A stretch of DNA of 64,000 nucleotides, taken from positions 1 to 64,000 of the IMG/VR virus record IMGVR_UViG_2923519811_000002; one strand, written 5' to 3'. Below the pieces are notes generated by a model. It had not been told where the DNA came from. It ran no database searches and saw only the letters and a list, made by a program, of their open reading frames with translations. Every line of letters begins with the position of its first letter. The stretch's first letter is position 1. Positions 1-9,122 of this stretch are shown here, piece by piece. The DNA comes from a virus (taxonomy: Duplodnaviria > Caudoviricetes). The position numbers and the translations under genes are program-made.

Positions 1-168
1 ATGAAAAGTCAAACGCAAGATCAAGGCAATGGGAAAGTGAATCAGGACAAAGCGGATGCCAAGGAGAAAGCTGGCCAGCATGAGAAAGGGCAAGATGTCG
101 AAAAGGCCAAGCCCGCCCCTCAGGAACAGCAATACAAGGCAGCCCAACCCAAAGGAACAACCCGTTGA
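1..168 (+). CDS. Hydrophilic hypothetical protein, possibly 5'-truncated
   Basis: Frame 1 open from position 1 (MKSQTQDQG...) to TGA at 166-168, followed by a terminator-like hairpin. Confidence 0.45.
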   Translation: MKSQTQDQGNGKVNQDKADAKEKAGQHEKGQDVEKAKPAPQEQQYKAAQPKGTTR

Positions 169-194
169 TTAAATAGCGGGGTTAAAGTCTCGAG

Positions 195-215
195 ACCCAG
201 CCTAGGCTGGGTTTT
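195..215. terminator. Intrinsic terminator-like palindrome between convergent genes
   Basis: ACCCAGCCTAGGCTGGGT perfect palindrome followed by a T run. Confidence 0.6.
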
Positions 216-502
216 CATTTATCTGCTGCGCCCCAAGGCAACGGTTGCAGCATAAGATACTCGGCGCCTGGCGGCTCGCAGGGCGCGGCACCTAAAAGTG
301 CTGCAAGCCTTGCAGAATCTGGCGGGAAAAACATATGACTACCCCCAGAGACTCGATGAATCCCAATACGAAAAGGCTCTTTCGATTCAGGCATCAGTGC
401 TCGCTGTCTCATACGTAGGCCTTTTATCTCTCTGTATATGGCGTTTCCGACCCCCAAATTTATCTGGTACCAACTCACAGTATCCACAATCACCCCCAAC
501 AC
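215..502 (-). CDS. Small hypothetical protein (start uncertain, alternative GTG near 487)
   Basis: ORF ending at the terminator; G-rich RBS-like sequence before the GTG. Confidence 0.45.
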   Translation of the reverse strand: MLGVIVDTVSWYQINLGVGNAIYREIKGLRMRQRALMPESKEPFRIGIHRVSGGSHMFFPPDSARLAALLGAAPCEPPGAEYLMLQPLPWGAADK

Positions 503-649
503 TTATTTATTGGCAAGGGCACATATCTGACCAAAGCCTTAACAACTGCGCACGGCCTCCCTTCCAGCCTACATACCGCAGTTGACTCCAAGGATATTGG
601 CATACGGAACAGCTTCAAAAATCCAATGGCGCTCCGCTCTCACGAATCA

Positions 650-862
650 TTACTCGATAGTTAGAACATCTTCCGCATGAATCCCTCTCGCTCCATTACC
701 GATCAAAAAAGATACGCGCTGACCTTCTGTCAACGTCTTATACCCCTCCCCTTTGATCTGCTTGTAATGAACAAAGATATCCGGCCCCTCTTGGCGAGAT
801 ATAAAACCGAAACCCTTATCAGCACTAAACCAAAGAACCACTCCAACTTGACGTAAAAACAT
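650..862 (-). CDS. Cold-shock domain protein (CspA family), 70 aa
   Basis: RNP1 KGFGFI and RNP2 IFVHY motifs; GGAGGG RBS before ATG at 862. Confidence 0.9.
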   Translation of the reverse strand: MFLRQVGVVLWFSADKGFGFISRQEGPDIFVHYKQIKGEGYKTLTEGQRVSFLIGNGARGIHAEDVLTIE

Positions 863-1340
863 ATACCCTCCGCAACTATAAACAGACACAAAGACATAGA
901 GCAGACTGATTGCGAAGGATAGGGGACCGAGAAGATAGCTAATAACGCGCAAGCACCTGAGCGGTGCCGCTAAACTGAGCAGGCAGCTAAACCAGCATAC
1001 AGGGTCAGCCGCCCAAAAACACAAATTTAAAAAATATATTTTCGAAAAAGAAAATAACTAGATCCCCCAAATAGAGAAGACTTATATCAAAACACCATTT
1101 CCATATTCGTCTTGAAATATGAGACCGGCCTGCTCAAGATAGCTTTCAACACAAGCCAATGATCGTTGAGACGGAGGTTTATCGTGGGCATGCCTCGCTT
1201 CAACTGCCCGCGACTTAGCGACACGCATTAGAGGCCGCCACCAGCTCCCTCTCGTAGCCGATCCGCCAGCCCCTCTCTAGCCCCTCCTACTGCCAAGCCC
1301 GAAGTGATAGCCTCCGCCCCGTGTAGGATGGAGTCTCACA

Positions 1341-2507
1341 ATGAAACCTCGCCGCCTGGCCCCCCTCTTCGCTGCCCTGGCCTTCACATCGGGCGCCGCC
1401 CTTGCTGACGTCACCAAGGTTGCTGACTGCTCGACGCCTGCAGGGTGCTTCCTGATATCCGGCGAAATCACCGATGCCGATGCCACCGCCCTCGCGCAGA
1501 TTTCCCGTTTCCTGGACGGACGCAAACTCAGCCGGCCGACCATCACGCTCAACTCTCCTGGTGGTGTCGTCGACGCTGCGATCGCTGCCGGCCGAACGAT
1601 TCGCCAGATGAGGGCAAAGGTTGAAGTTGACTCCGGAAGTCATTGCCTCAGCGCATGCGTCTTTCTGCTGGCTGGTGGGGTACGCCGTTCGGTCTACGGC
1701 ACTGTAGGGATTCACCGTCCCTATACACCTCAGATTGGGGAGCTCGACATTCAGCAAGCACAACAGGACTATCGCGCCACGCAAGACAAAGCGAAAGCGT
1801 TCCTGCGCGACATGAACCTGTCCGACAGGCTCTACGATGCCATGGTGCAAGTCCCTTCTGAGGACATGCGAAATCTCGACTTCACTGAACTGGAGTACTT
1901 CGGCCTAAACCTCACTGATCCTGTCGAGGGCGAGTACATGGATTCTGCCGGCGCTGCGAAGTACGGCATCAACAAGGCCGAATACCTGAAGCGAAAGGCT
2001 GTCGCCGACAAGTGCCCCAATGTCGTCGAGACCTTCGATGCTTGCGTGGAGCACGTCTTCAGTACCGGGTACCTCCCCTCCCAGAAGCCACAGCAGGACA
2101 GCACCATGGAAGCCGTGCTCGCCCAGGCTTATCGGGATTTTCCCTTCCTCGACCACACCAGGCCGTACGCCTACCGCCCGGCTATCGACGAGGTGGTCAA
2201 GGTGCGCGACGCGCTCATGGCCAAGGGTTACAGCGGCGCCGATGCGATACGTGAGGCGGTCCGGCAGGTTGGGCCCAAGTACGCAGGCAAGGCCGCGACA
2301 GCGAATGGAGATGGCGCTGCGCTGGCGACTGTGCTGCAGGAGGCTTACGCCCGTTACCCCTTCCTTGATTACGAGCGGCCCGACGCGAACCAGGCCGCAA
2401 TCGCTGAAGTGGTTGAGGTACGCAACGCGCTGATGGCGCAAGGTTACGGCGCAGCGGAGGCGATACGGGCCGCCGTCAACCAGGTAGCTCCGAAGTACGC
2501 GAAGTAG
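1341..2507 (+). CDS. Signal-peptide protein: ClpP/crotonase-like (COG3904-type) domain plus two C-terminal repeats homologous to the phage scaffold protein
   Basis: MKPRR-hydrophobic-ALA signal; LNSPGG, CLSAC and GIHRP motifs; two YxxF/YPFLD...EVVxVR...GPKYA-type repeats. Confidence 0.85.
   Translation: MKPRRLAPLFAALAFTSGAALADVTKVADCSTPAGCFLISGEITDADATALAQISRFLDGRKLSRPTITLNSPGGVVDAAIAAGRTIRQMRAKVEVDSGSHCLSACVFLLAGGVRRSVYGTVGIHRPYTPQIGELDIQQAQQDYRATQDKAKAFLRDMNLSDRLYDAMVQVPSEDMRNLDFTELEYFGLNLTDPVEGEYMDSAGAAKYGINKAEYLKRKAVADKCPNVVETFDACVEHVFSTGYLPSQKPQQDSTMEAVLAQAYRDFPFLDHTRPYAYRPAIDEVVKVRDALMAKGYSGADAIREAVRQVGPKYAGKAATANGDGAALATVLQEAYARYPFLDYERPDANQAAIAEVVEVRNALMAQGYGAAEAIRAAVNQVAPKYAK
2106..2504 (+). 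repeat. Two tandem ~60-aa protein repeats (2106-2285 and 2322-2504)
   Basis: AVLAQAYRDFPFLD...AVRQVGPKYA and TVLQEAYARYPFLD...AVNQVAPKYA. Confidence 0.9.
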
Positions 2508-3087
2508 GTTCGTCCAGGCCGAGCACGAGCTGCATCTGCTCCCGCCAGTACTCCACTTCCCGTTTCAGTGGGGACTTCTCGACCCGCCAGGCCGCCAGCC
2601 CCTTGCCATGGAGGCTCGCCAAGGCTTCGCGCTCTGCAAAGACAGCGCTGGCTCGCTCGAACTCCTGCAGCGGCTCGGCCTCACCACGCAGCAGTGCATC
2701 AATGTGGAGGTCGCACCAGACCGCGAAGTCCACATTCAGCCAGCGAGCGAACGCAACGGCCAGTTTCGGGTGAAGCCAGGTACCGCCGCCATTGGCTGCT
2801 GCGCCCCTGCGAGTCACGACCAAACCCGCGCAGTTGCTCAATTCGGGGCGGAAACCGGATTTGCCACCCTGGACTTTCTTGCTCTGCTTACGCTCGACCA
2901 TCTTGGGCTCAAACGGGATGCCAAGGTGCTTGGCAAGGGCGCGCATGTAGCATTCAGTTTCATGAAGCCGCAGCCAATCTCGCGGTTCCTGGCCAAATAC
3001 GGCCGCCGCCGCTGTGGCATTGATCCATCCATCGCGGTTGAAACGGATAGCCTGCCCTTGGTAATGAAACGGAATGACGTTGTTCAT
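2476..3087 (-). CDS. KilA-N domain DNA-binding protein (antirepressor-like)
   Basis: GWINAT...GGGTWLHPKLAVAFARWL KilA-N signature; GGGAG RBS before ATG at 3087. Confidence 0.88.
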   Translation of the reverse strand: MNNVIPFHYQGQAIRFNRDGWINATAAAAVFGQEPRDWLRLHETECYMRALAKHLGIPFEPKMVERKQSKKVQGGKSGFRPELSNCAGLVVTRRGAAANGGGTWLHPKLAVAFARWLNVDFAVWCDLHIDALLRGEAEPLQEFERASAVFAEREALASLHGKGLAAWRVEKSPLKREVEYWREQMQLVLGLDEPTSRTSELPG

Positions 3088-3216
3088 CGGTTTCTCCCTC
3101 CGCCTAGAAGAAGGGTCAGCAGGCAGGGGCGTAGGCGGGAGTAGACCATCCCTTTTCGGTAGCGAACCTAGCCTGCTGCGGCCTGCAGAGAGGCCGACCT
3201 GGTTGCCCAAGCCCGC

Positions 3217-3247
3217 TCGACGCTATGTCACTGGCGTGCCTGGGCAA
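3217..3247 (-). promoter_or_regulatory. Putative late promoter motif, copy 1 (before KilA-N)
   Basis: Minus strand TTGC-N8-GCCAGTGACATAGCGTCGA. Confidence 0.6.
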
Positions 3248-3256
3248 CCCCCTTTT

Positions 3257-6200
3257 TCAGCCCGCTGCCCGCCCCCGCTCGTCCGCCAGTTGCGCAGCTC
3301 GGTTCCGGGTCGCGTTCAGCTGCTTCAGCAGTTCCGCCTTCTCCGCCGCGCCCAGCGACCGATCATTCGTCACGGCCTTGATGCGCTGGTTGATGACGGT
3401 GATCTGCCGGTTGGCGGCCTGGTAGACCGGCCGCAGCTTCAGCATCTCATTACCAGCCAGCTGCTGCAGACGCTCCAGACCCCCCACCTTCCGTGCCTCG
3501 CTGGCCGAGGCGTAGAGCTGGTCGATCTGGTGCTGCATCTCGTAGAAGCGGGTCAGGTACTTGCTGCCACTGCCCGGGTCGGCTGCCTTCACGAAGTCCC
3601 CGAACAGCGTCCAGTTGTCCGGGTTGGTCAGGTCGCTCTTCGGATTCGACGGGAGGTCAGTGATGCCGCGAGTCAGGTAGTCGGCGGTGTTCAGCGCCTG
3701 GGTGCCGAGCCAGCCGAAGTAGCCGCGCACCAGGTGCTCGATCCGCTGCGGCGAGATCCCGGTCAACTGCCCGGCGGCCACGGCCGACGCGCTGGTCCTG
3801 GCGGTGTAGCGCTCCTCCGCCGGCAGCCGCTCCTGACCCATGCTGTCGATCGGGCGGTCGCGGAAGCTGTCGTAGTTGAAAGCGGCTTCCATCAGAGGCT
3901 TGAAGGCCTGCGGTACCGGGCTCATGGAAAGCTGGTTCCACAACAGCGAGCCAGCCGTGCTGGCGAAGTCGCCGGCCTGGTAGTCGTCACCGGAGAGCGC
4001 CAGCTCCGTCAACCGCTCGGCTACGCTGCCGAGCACGCCGACCTCGAAGGGCTTGGGCAGGTACAGCGCCTTCTCGGTACCCGGGATGCGCACCCACCAG
4101 TAGGTGTCACGGACCCAGTCCGGCAGCTGCTTGAACTCCTCGTCGTCCTTGTTGAGCAGGAACAGCAGGGTCGAGGCCATGGCCACCGCGCCGGCGACTG
4201 CCAGGAAGCGGCGCGGATCTGCCGAAGCACCGCGCCCCAGCTTGTACATCCCCTGCAGGCGGGCGTTCATGAAAGGCACGATCTGCGTCAAGAAGCGCAC
4301 GCTGGCCCACTTGCCGGCCGAGGTGAAGTCCATCATGTCACGAGCAGCGTAGCTGGCCTCCAGGTGGCTTTTGCCCTCGGCGCGCAGCTTCTCGTAGAGG
4401 GCGGCACGGTTGACCGTCTCCAGTCGGTCGCCGATCTCCTGGTACTTGTCCCAGGCACTGCGCAGCGCCTTGGCAGCCTTGGCGGGGGTGTTGAGGATCT
4501 GACTGGAGTCGACACCCCGGCTGATCAGGCGCTTCGCGTAGGTGGCCTGGTCGCCATCGTTCAGCGAGCCGAACCGCACAGCGCCGCCGCCGGCCAGCAG
4601 CCGGTGCAGCGTGGGGCTGTCCTTGCCGGTTCCCTTCCAGCCCGCGGCCATGTTCTTCAGCGGGTTGTAGCCCAGGTCGTTGGCGGCGATCGAGGAGATG
4701 CTGTCACGTAGCAGGTTGCGGGCGCGGAACGCGGGGCTGCTGGTGACCCCTACGGTCAGCGCGTGCTTGAAGGAACGCATGGCCTTCATGGCCGGGTTGT
4801 TCCAGTCCTGGTGATTCAGCATCGTCAGCGCGTCCAGCACCAGGGGATCGTCCACCAGGTAGTGCCGCTCCTTGCCGTTGACCATTACCCGAAGGCTACC
4901 CTTCTCCGCCTCGCGCACGCGGGTGGCGATGTTCATCTGCTCGGCAGCCTGCAGGGCCTTGTTCGCCGCCATGTTCTTCATGGACGCAGAGAGCAGGTGC
5001 GACCAGTTGGCCAGGGTGTTGGCCATCAGATCGCCCAACGGCTCCTTGCCGCCCTTGAGCTTCTTGAAGGCCTTCTGCCCGGTCAGCCCGCCGATCTGGC
5101 CCGGGCCGGCGGTACCGTCGCCCTCCTCCATCACTCGATAGAACGGGACGTAGAACTCGCTTTCCCAGAGCTTACGGCTGCTGCCGTCGATCAGGCCGGC
5201 CTGCTCGGCCACGTCCATCACCGCCTTCTGATAGGCGTTGAACTGCTTCAGCACATCGCGGTAGACCACCGCACGGCTGCGGCCATCGTCCATGGTGCCC
5301 TGGTTGAGCGAGCGCAGTGCTGCGATGTCATCCGGGGTGAAAAGGTTCTCGCGCCCCTCCTGGGCCAGTTTCTCGGCGCGGTTGCCAGCGATCCAGGCGA
5401 AGAAGAGATCGTGCTCCCCCTTCAGCTCCGCCAACACCCCACGCAAACCCTGGCCGTCCGCCTCGACGTCCAGCGCCCCGTCGGTGATCGTCGGCCGGCC
5501 ATGGAAGAAGGTGGCCTCCAGCGCTCCGTCCGTGCCTTTGGACAGGCGAGCCTGCATGTAGGCGGCCTGGTCCAGCTTGGCGATCGGTGCGAACTGGTCG
5601 AACACGCCCTGGATGACTTTCTCCTTCCAGCGCTCGGACAGCGCTCGCGCGGTCTTGGCCAGCGGTTCCTGTCGGATGAAGGCGCCTATCTTGCCGAGCG
5701 CATCCCGCTGGGCCGAGGTGGCGTGCTCCGGGAAACGCACCTCGCCACGGTTGGTCACCTGGTCGAAGAAGTCGGCCGCCCGTTGGCTTGCGCGGCTATA
5801 CCGCGCGTCACCCGCGTCACCCGCCTCCTTGCCAATGTCCTCCGGACGCAGTACCTTTTTGCCGAGCCGATGTTTTGGTGCCGCTTTGGGCAATTGGAGC
5901 CCTCTAGCGCTGGACCAAGCATCGGCTTTTTTATTGTCCACGTATCGCAGCAAGCCGCTCTCCATCCACTGCCTGATGAAGGCAGTGCTGTCCTTGGCGT
6001 GGATGCTGGCGATCCGGTTGACGGTAATGTTCTCCTTGCGGTTCATGTGCACCGCCACCACCACCGAGCGCCCACGGCTCGCCGTCTCCACCAGCGCCAC
6101 CAGGCCGTCCGGCGCAGTGGCGGAATCGAATACCATCACCGGCTCGCCGAGTGCAGCCAGGGCAGCCTTCACATCCCTGGGCGTCAGGCTGTGCTTGTCC

Positions 6201-9121
6201 ACGGCCTTCCACAGCGTGTCTTCGGTGATGTTGATCGGTGCATCAGCAGCCCCCCCCAGCGCCTTCAGCACGTCAGGCGTTCCGCCGAGAGACAGGGGCT
6301 TGGTGAGTGTCTTGCCCCTGAAGACTTCGTCGATTTCCTTCTCCAGCGCAGCGGGCAGTCCCGTTCCGGGCTCCCGGGAGTAGGTCTGTACCAACCCGCC
6401 GGTGCCCTTGTCCCCACCCTTCTCGATGAAGCGCCGCGCAGTGCCCAGCAGGGCCGCGATGTCCTGGTCGGTCCAACGCACCTTGAACCCGATGTCGCGC
6501 AGCGCATTGCGGAGAGCAGCAACCAGCCTCGGCCAGAAGCGCTGCTCAGTCAGGCGGCCAGCAGCGGCGAGGTCGGCCAGGACCTCCTCCATAGCCAATG
6601 CCTTGTCGTAGCCGAACCGATCGCGCAGGCGATCAGCCGACGAACGCAGAGCTGGATGCTCCTTGTAGATGCTGAGCAACAGCGGACTCAGCCGCTTGCC
6701 GAAGGCTCCCTGCAGGCCGGCATGGCCGATTACCTCGTGCTGGAGAACAAATGCAGCGTGCTGCAGGCTGGTGAGGTTGTCGGCGATGAGGTAGACGCCC
6801 TTTGGATCGTAGAGTCCTTCGGCATCAAGAGCACCATCGCGCTTCACCTGCTGGCGGAGCCGCGGCGGAAGGTCATCAATTGACTGGACGACATTGACCT
6901 GAGGAGCATTTTTCCAGCCGGCAACCATCCCACCAATCGACCTGGCCAGTGTTTCGGCACGAACCTTTCTGGCCCTCGGAGCCGCCATGCGATAGGCGCC
7001 ACGGGAATAATTGGTGTTGGCCCCCTGCTGTTCTACGCGATTGAAACCTTCGCGCTCCAGCGCTGCCCTGACCTTTTCGCCTGCCGCCTTGCCCTTGAAC
7101 TGCTGCACATCGTCAGGGCCCCATTCGACCTGGAAACCCTTGGCAGTAGGCGTAACGGTGGCGCGGACGGCCCCGTGCCGGCCATGCTGATATTCACCCG
7201 CTACGCTGGCGTCGCCTTGCTGCGCCGAGGCTGAAGCCTCCGGCACTTCATTCAGTGCACGCTGTCCGTCGGCCCCCGCAGCTGCAGGAGGAACACCAGT
7301 TCCGCTTTCCACTGGCTGGACTGCGGCAGCTTGCGGCGTTGCTTCAGCATCCGGTACTCCTGCCTGGTCAGTCGGCTGGAGCGGCGCAGCACCCTGATCG
7401 CCTGCTGCTCGCTCATCAACAGGCCCTGTCCCACTATCAACATATGCACGCTCCTGTACGGGGCGCCGCTGCACCGCCCACTGTCGACTACCGGTTTTCA
7501 CCACCTCGAACTCGTCGGGCAGCGGCAGACTCCGCAGCGCTTTGTTCGCGCCTGGCACGCTCCTGTAAGCGGTTGCGGTGACCTGTTGCTCTACCTTTGC
7601 GCCAGCGAGCGCCCGGGTCGCCATCGCTCGGCTTGCGCCCGTCCGCTCTGCGAGGGCCTTGGCGTCCAGCGCACCCTGTGCCTGGCGCGCCTGCTGCAGA
7701 ACTTCGCTGAACACCGGCCGCTGTGCCGTCTGCGCCTGCCTGTCCATGCCCGCGCCAAAGCTCGGACCCTGGTCCTCCACTGGCCTTGGGGTGGGCACCC
7801 GGGCGAACGACGCCTGACCACTGGGGTCCACCACAACTGCCTCCGGGCGCAGATCCGGCAGGCCGGGGTAGATTGGGCTGGCGTCGAAAGTCCGTACGGC
7901 CATGGGCGGGGTTTCGCGGACGGCCGGCGGCGTCGCCTGGATCAGCTCACCGGACAAAGGAACCACACCGCGCGGCACGGGCTGATCGATCCCGCCACCG
8001 CCGAAGGGCGAGCGGGGCTGGGCCTGCTCACGACCCGGCACCGGGCGCTGCTCCCTGTCCACGTCACGTACCGGTCCAGTGTCGCGAATGGTGCCGCTGG
8101 AATCTCCGTAGAGCACCGACTCAGGCGCGGGCAATGCCGCCAGCGGCGCGGGCCCTGGGAGGAGTCCAGCGGAGCGGCTGATCGGGCCCGCAGGTTCCGG
8201 AGTGGCCGGCTGGGCTGCCGGCGAGACAGGTGCCTGCTGGGCACGCTGGGCAATGCGCCCTGCAGCATCGACGCCACCGCCGAGAATGCCGCCGCCGATG
8301 CCGCCCAGAATGGCCGCGTTCAGCAGCTCGCTCCGGCCTTCCGCGTTGAACGCCTTCTGGCTGGGGTCGACGCTCTGCACTGCCAGGCGCTCGACAGCCG
8401 TCTGCCCTGCCTCCGTTGCGGCCTCGGTTGCGGCCTGCTGCCCTGCGGCACGCAGTAGCCCTTTGCTGGGCCGCATCGCCTTGGAGAGCAGGCCCAGTTC
8501 CGGGACGACATCCAGCGCGCCCGCGGCGGCTCCATAGGCGAGTGCGGTACCCGGAGCGTATTGCCCGGTCTTCTCGTAGATGTCGCCGTAGATGCTGCCC
8601 TGCTCCGTCCCAATGGACGTGCCAGCCAGCCCGGCCTGGATGCCTCGCTCGGTCAACTCGCGCGCGGCAGCCTGGCCCGCGCGCTCTGCTGCCGCACGCT
8701 CCAGCCCCTGGGCGATCCCCCCTTTGACGATCCCCTCGGCAGCCGATCGGCCTGCAACCCGTGCCGCCGCCCCGCCGATGCCGCCACCCGCGATCGAGCT
8801 GGCGGCGAACGGCACCAGTTGGCCCAGCCCCTGTGCCGCGTAGAGTCCGGCATCCTTCAGGCTGCCCACATCCTCGACTCGCTGGACAAGGGCGGGGTTC
8901 TGCTGCGCTTCATCCTGGTTGCGCAGGTAGCCGGCGATCCCCCAGTCACGCAGCCCGGGCTCGGCCACCACATCGCCGACCACGCCCGCCAGCCCGTATA
9001 GCGAGCCCTGAAGTGCATCGACACCGGAGGCGATCCCCTTGCCGAACTCGCCGCTGGCGGTTGCCTGCTTGCGCGCCAGCCGGGTATCCAGATCTGCCAG
9101 AATGTCGTAGTTGTCGGCCAT
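3257..9121 (-). CDS. Large polyvalent virion/ejection protein with zincin-like, MuF-C/PBECR-like and C-terminal LPD38 domains
   Basis: 1954 aa; QHEVIGH motif; LGGTPDVL...PVMVFDS...VNRIASIH segment; C-terminal WVRDTYW..LPKPFEVG...FNYDSFRDRPI typical of LPD38. Confidence 0.8.
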   Translation of the reverse strand: MADNYDILADLDTRLARKQATASGEFGKGIASGVDALQGSLYGLAGVVGDVVAEPGLRDWGIAGYLRNQDEAQQNPALVQRVEDVGSLKDAGLYAAQGLGQLVPFAASSIAGGGIGGAAARVAGRSAAEGIVKGGIAQGLERAAAERAGQAAARELTERGIQAGLAGTSIGTEQGSIYGDIYEKTGQYAPGTALAYGAAAGALDVVPELGLLSKAMRPSKGLLRAAGQQAATEAATEAGQTAVERLAVQSVDPSQKAFNAEGRSELLNAAILGGIGGGILGGGVDAAGRIAQRAQQAPVSPAAQPATPEPAGPISRSAGLLPGPAPLAALPAPESVLYGDSSGTIRDTGPVRDVDREQRPVPGREQAQPRSPFGGGGIDQPVPRGVVPLSGELIQATPPAVRETPPMAVRTFDASPIYPGLPDLRPEAVVVDPSGQASFARVPTPRPVEDQGPSFGAGMDRQAQTAQRPVFSEVLQQARQAQGALDAKALAERTGASRAMATRALAGAKVEQQVTATAYRSVPGANKALRSLPLPDEFEVVKTGSRQWAVQRRPVQERAYVDSGTGPVDERAAGDQGAAPLQPTDQAGVPDAEATPQAAAVQPVESGTGVPPAAAGADGQRALNEVPEASASAQQGDASVAGEYQHGRHGAVRATVTPTAKGFQVEWGPDDVQQFKGKAAGEKVRAALEREGFNRVEQQGANTNYSRGAYRMAAPRARKVRAETLARSIGGMVAGWKNAPQVNVVQSIDDLPPRLRQQVKRDGALDAEGLYDPKGVYLIADNLTSLQHAAFVLQHEVIGHAGLQGAFGKRLSPLLLSIYKEHPALRSSADRLRDRFGYDKALAMEEVLADLAAAGRLTEQRFWPRLVAALRNALRDIGFKVRWTDQDIAALLGTARRFIEKGGDKGTGGLVQTYSREPGTGLPAALEKEIDEVFRGKTLTKPLSLGGTPDVLKALGGAADAPINITEDTLWKAVDKHSLTPRDVKAALAALGEPVMVFDSATAPDGLVALVETASRGRSVVVAVHMNRKENITVNRIASIHAKDSTAFIRQWMESGLLRYVDNKKADAWSSARGLQLPKAAPKHRLGKKVLRPEDIGKEAGDAGDARYSRASQRAADFFDQVTNRGEVRFPEHATSAQRDALGKIGAFIRQEPLAKTARALSERWKEKVIQGVFDQFAPIAKLDQAAYMQARLSKGTDGALEATFFHGRPTITDGALDVEADGQGLRGVLAELKGEHDLFFAWIAGNRAEKLAQEGRENLFTPDDIAALRSLNQGTMDDGRSRAVVYRDVLKQFNAYQKAVMDVAEQAGLIDGSSRKLWESEFYVPFYRVMEEGDGTAGPGQIGGLTGQKAFKKLKGGKEPLGDLMANTLANWSHLLSASMKNMAANKALQAAEQMNIATRVREAEKGSLRVMVNGKERHYLVDDPLVLDALTMLNHQDWNNPAMKAMRSFKHALTVGVTSSPAFRARNLLRDSISSIAANDLGYNPLKNMAAGWKGTGKDSPTLHRLLAGGGAVRFGSLNDGDQATYAKRLISRGVDSSQILNTPAKAAKALRSAWDKYQEIGDRLETVNRAALYEKLRAEGKSHLEASYAARDMMDFTSAGKWASVRFLTQIVPFMNARLQGMYKLGRGASADPRRFLAVAGAVAMASTLLFLLNKDDEEFKQLPDWVRDTYWWVRIPGTEKALYLPKPFEVGVLGSVAERLTELALSGDDYQAGDFASTAGSLLWNQLSMSPVPQAFKPLMEAAFNYDSFRDRPIDSMGQERLPAEERYTARTSASAVAAGQLTGISPQRIEHLVRGYFGWLGTQALNTADYLTRGITDLPSNPKSDLTNPDNWTLFGDFVKAADPGSGSKYLTRFYEMQHQIDQLYASASEARKVGGLERLQQLAGNEMLKLRPVYQAANRQITVINQRIKAVTNDRSLGAAEKAELLKQLNATRNRAAQLADERGRAAG

Positions 9122-9122
9122 G

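Noticed and set aside
298-585. Plus-strand 95-aa ORF
   Set aside because: No clear RBS, overlaps the more plausible minus-strand ORF, and starts just after a terminator
863-1024. Hydrophobic N-terminal extension on the cold-shock protein (124-aa ORF call)
   Set aside because: A strong RBS precedes ATG 862 and gives a canonical 70-aa Csp; the extension is probably untranslated leader
1-1340. attL within the window
   Set aside because: No convincing duplicate of the tRNA-Cys 3' end (TGGAGGCCGAAGTCGG) found by eye
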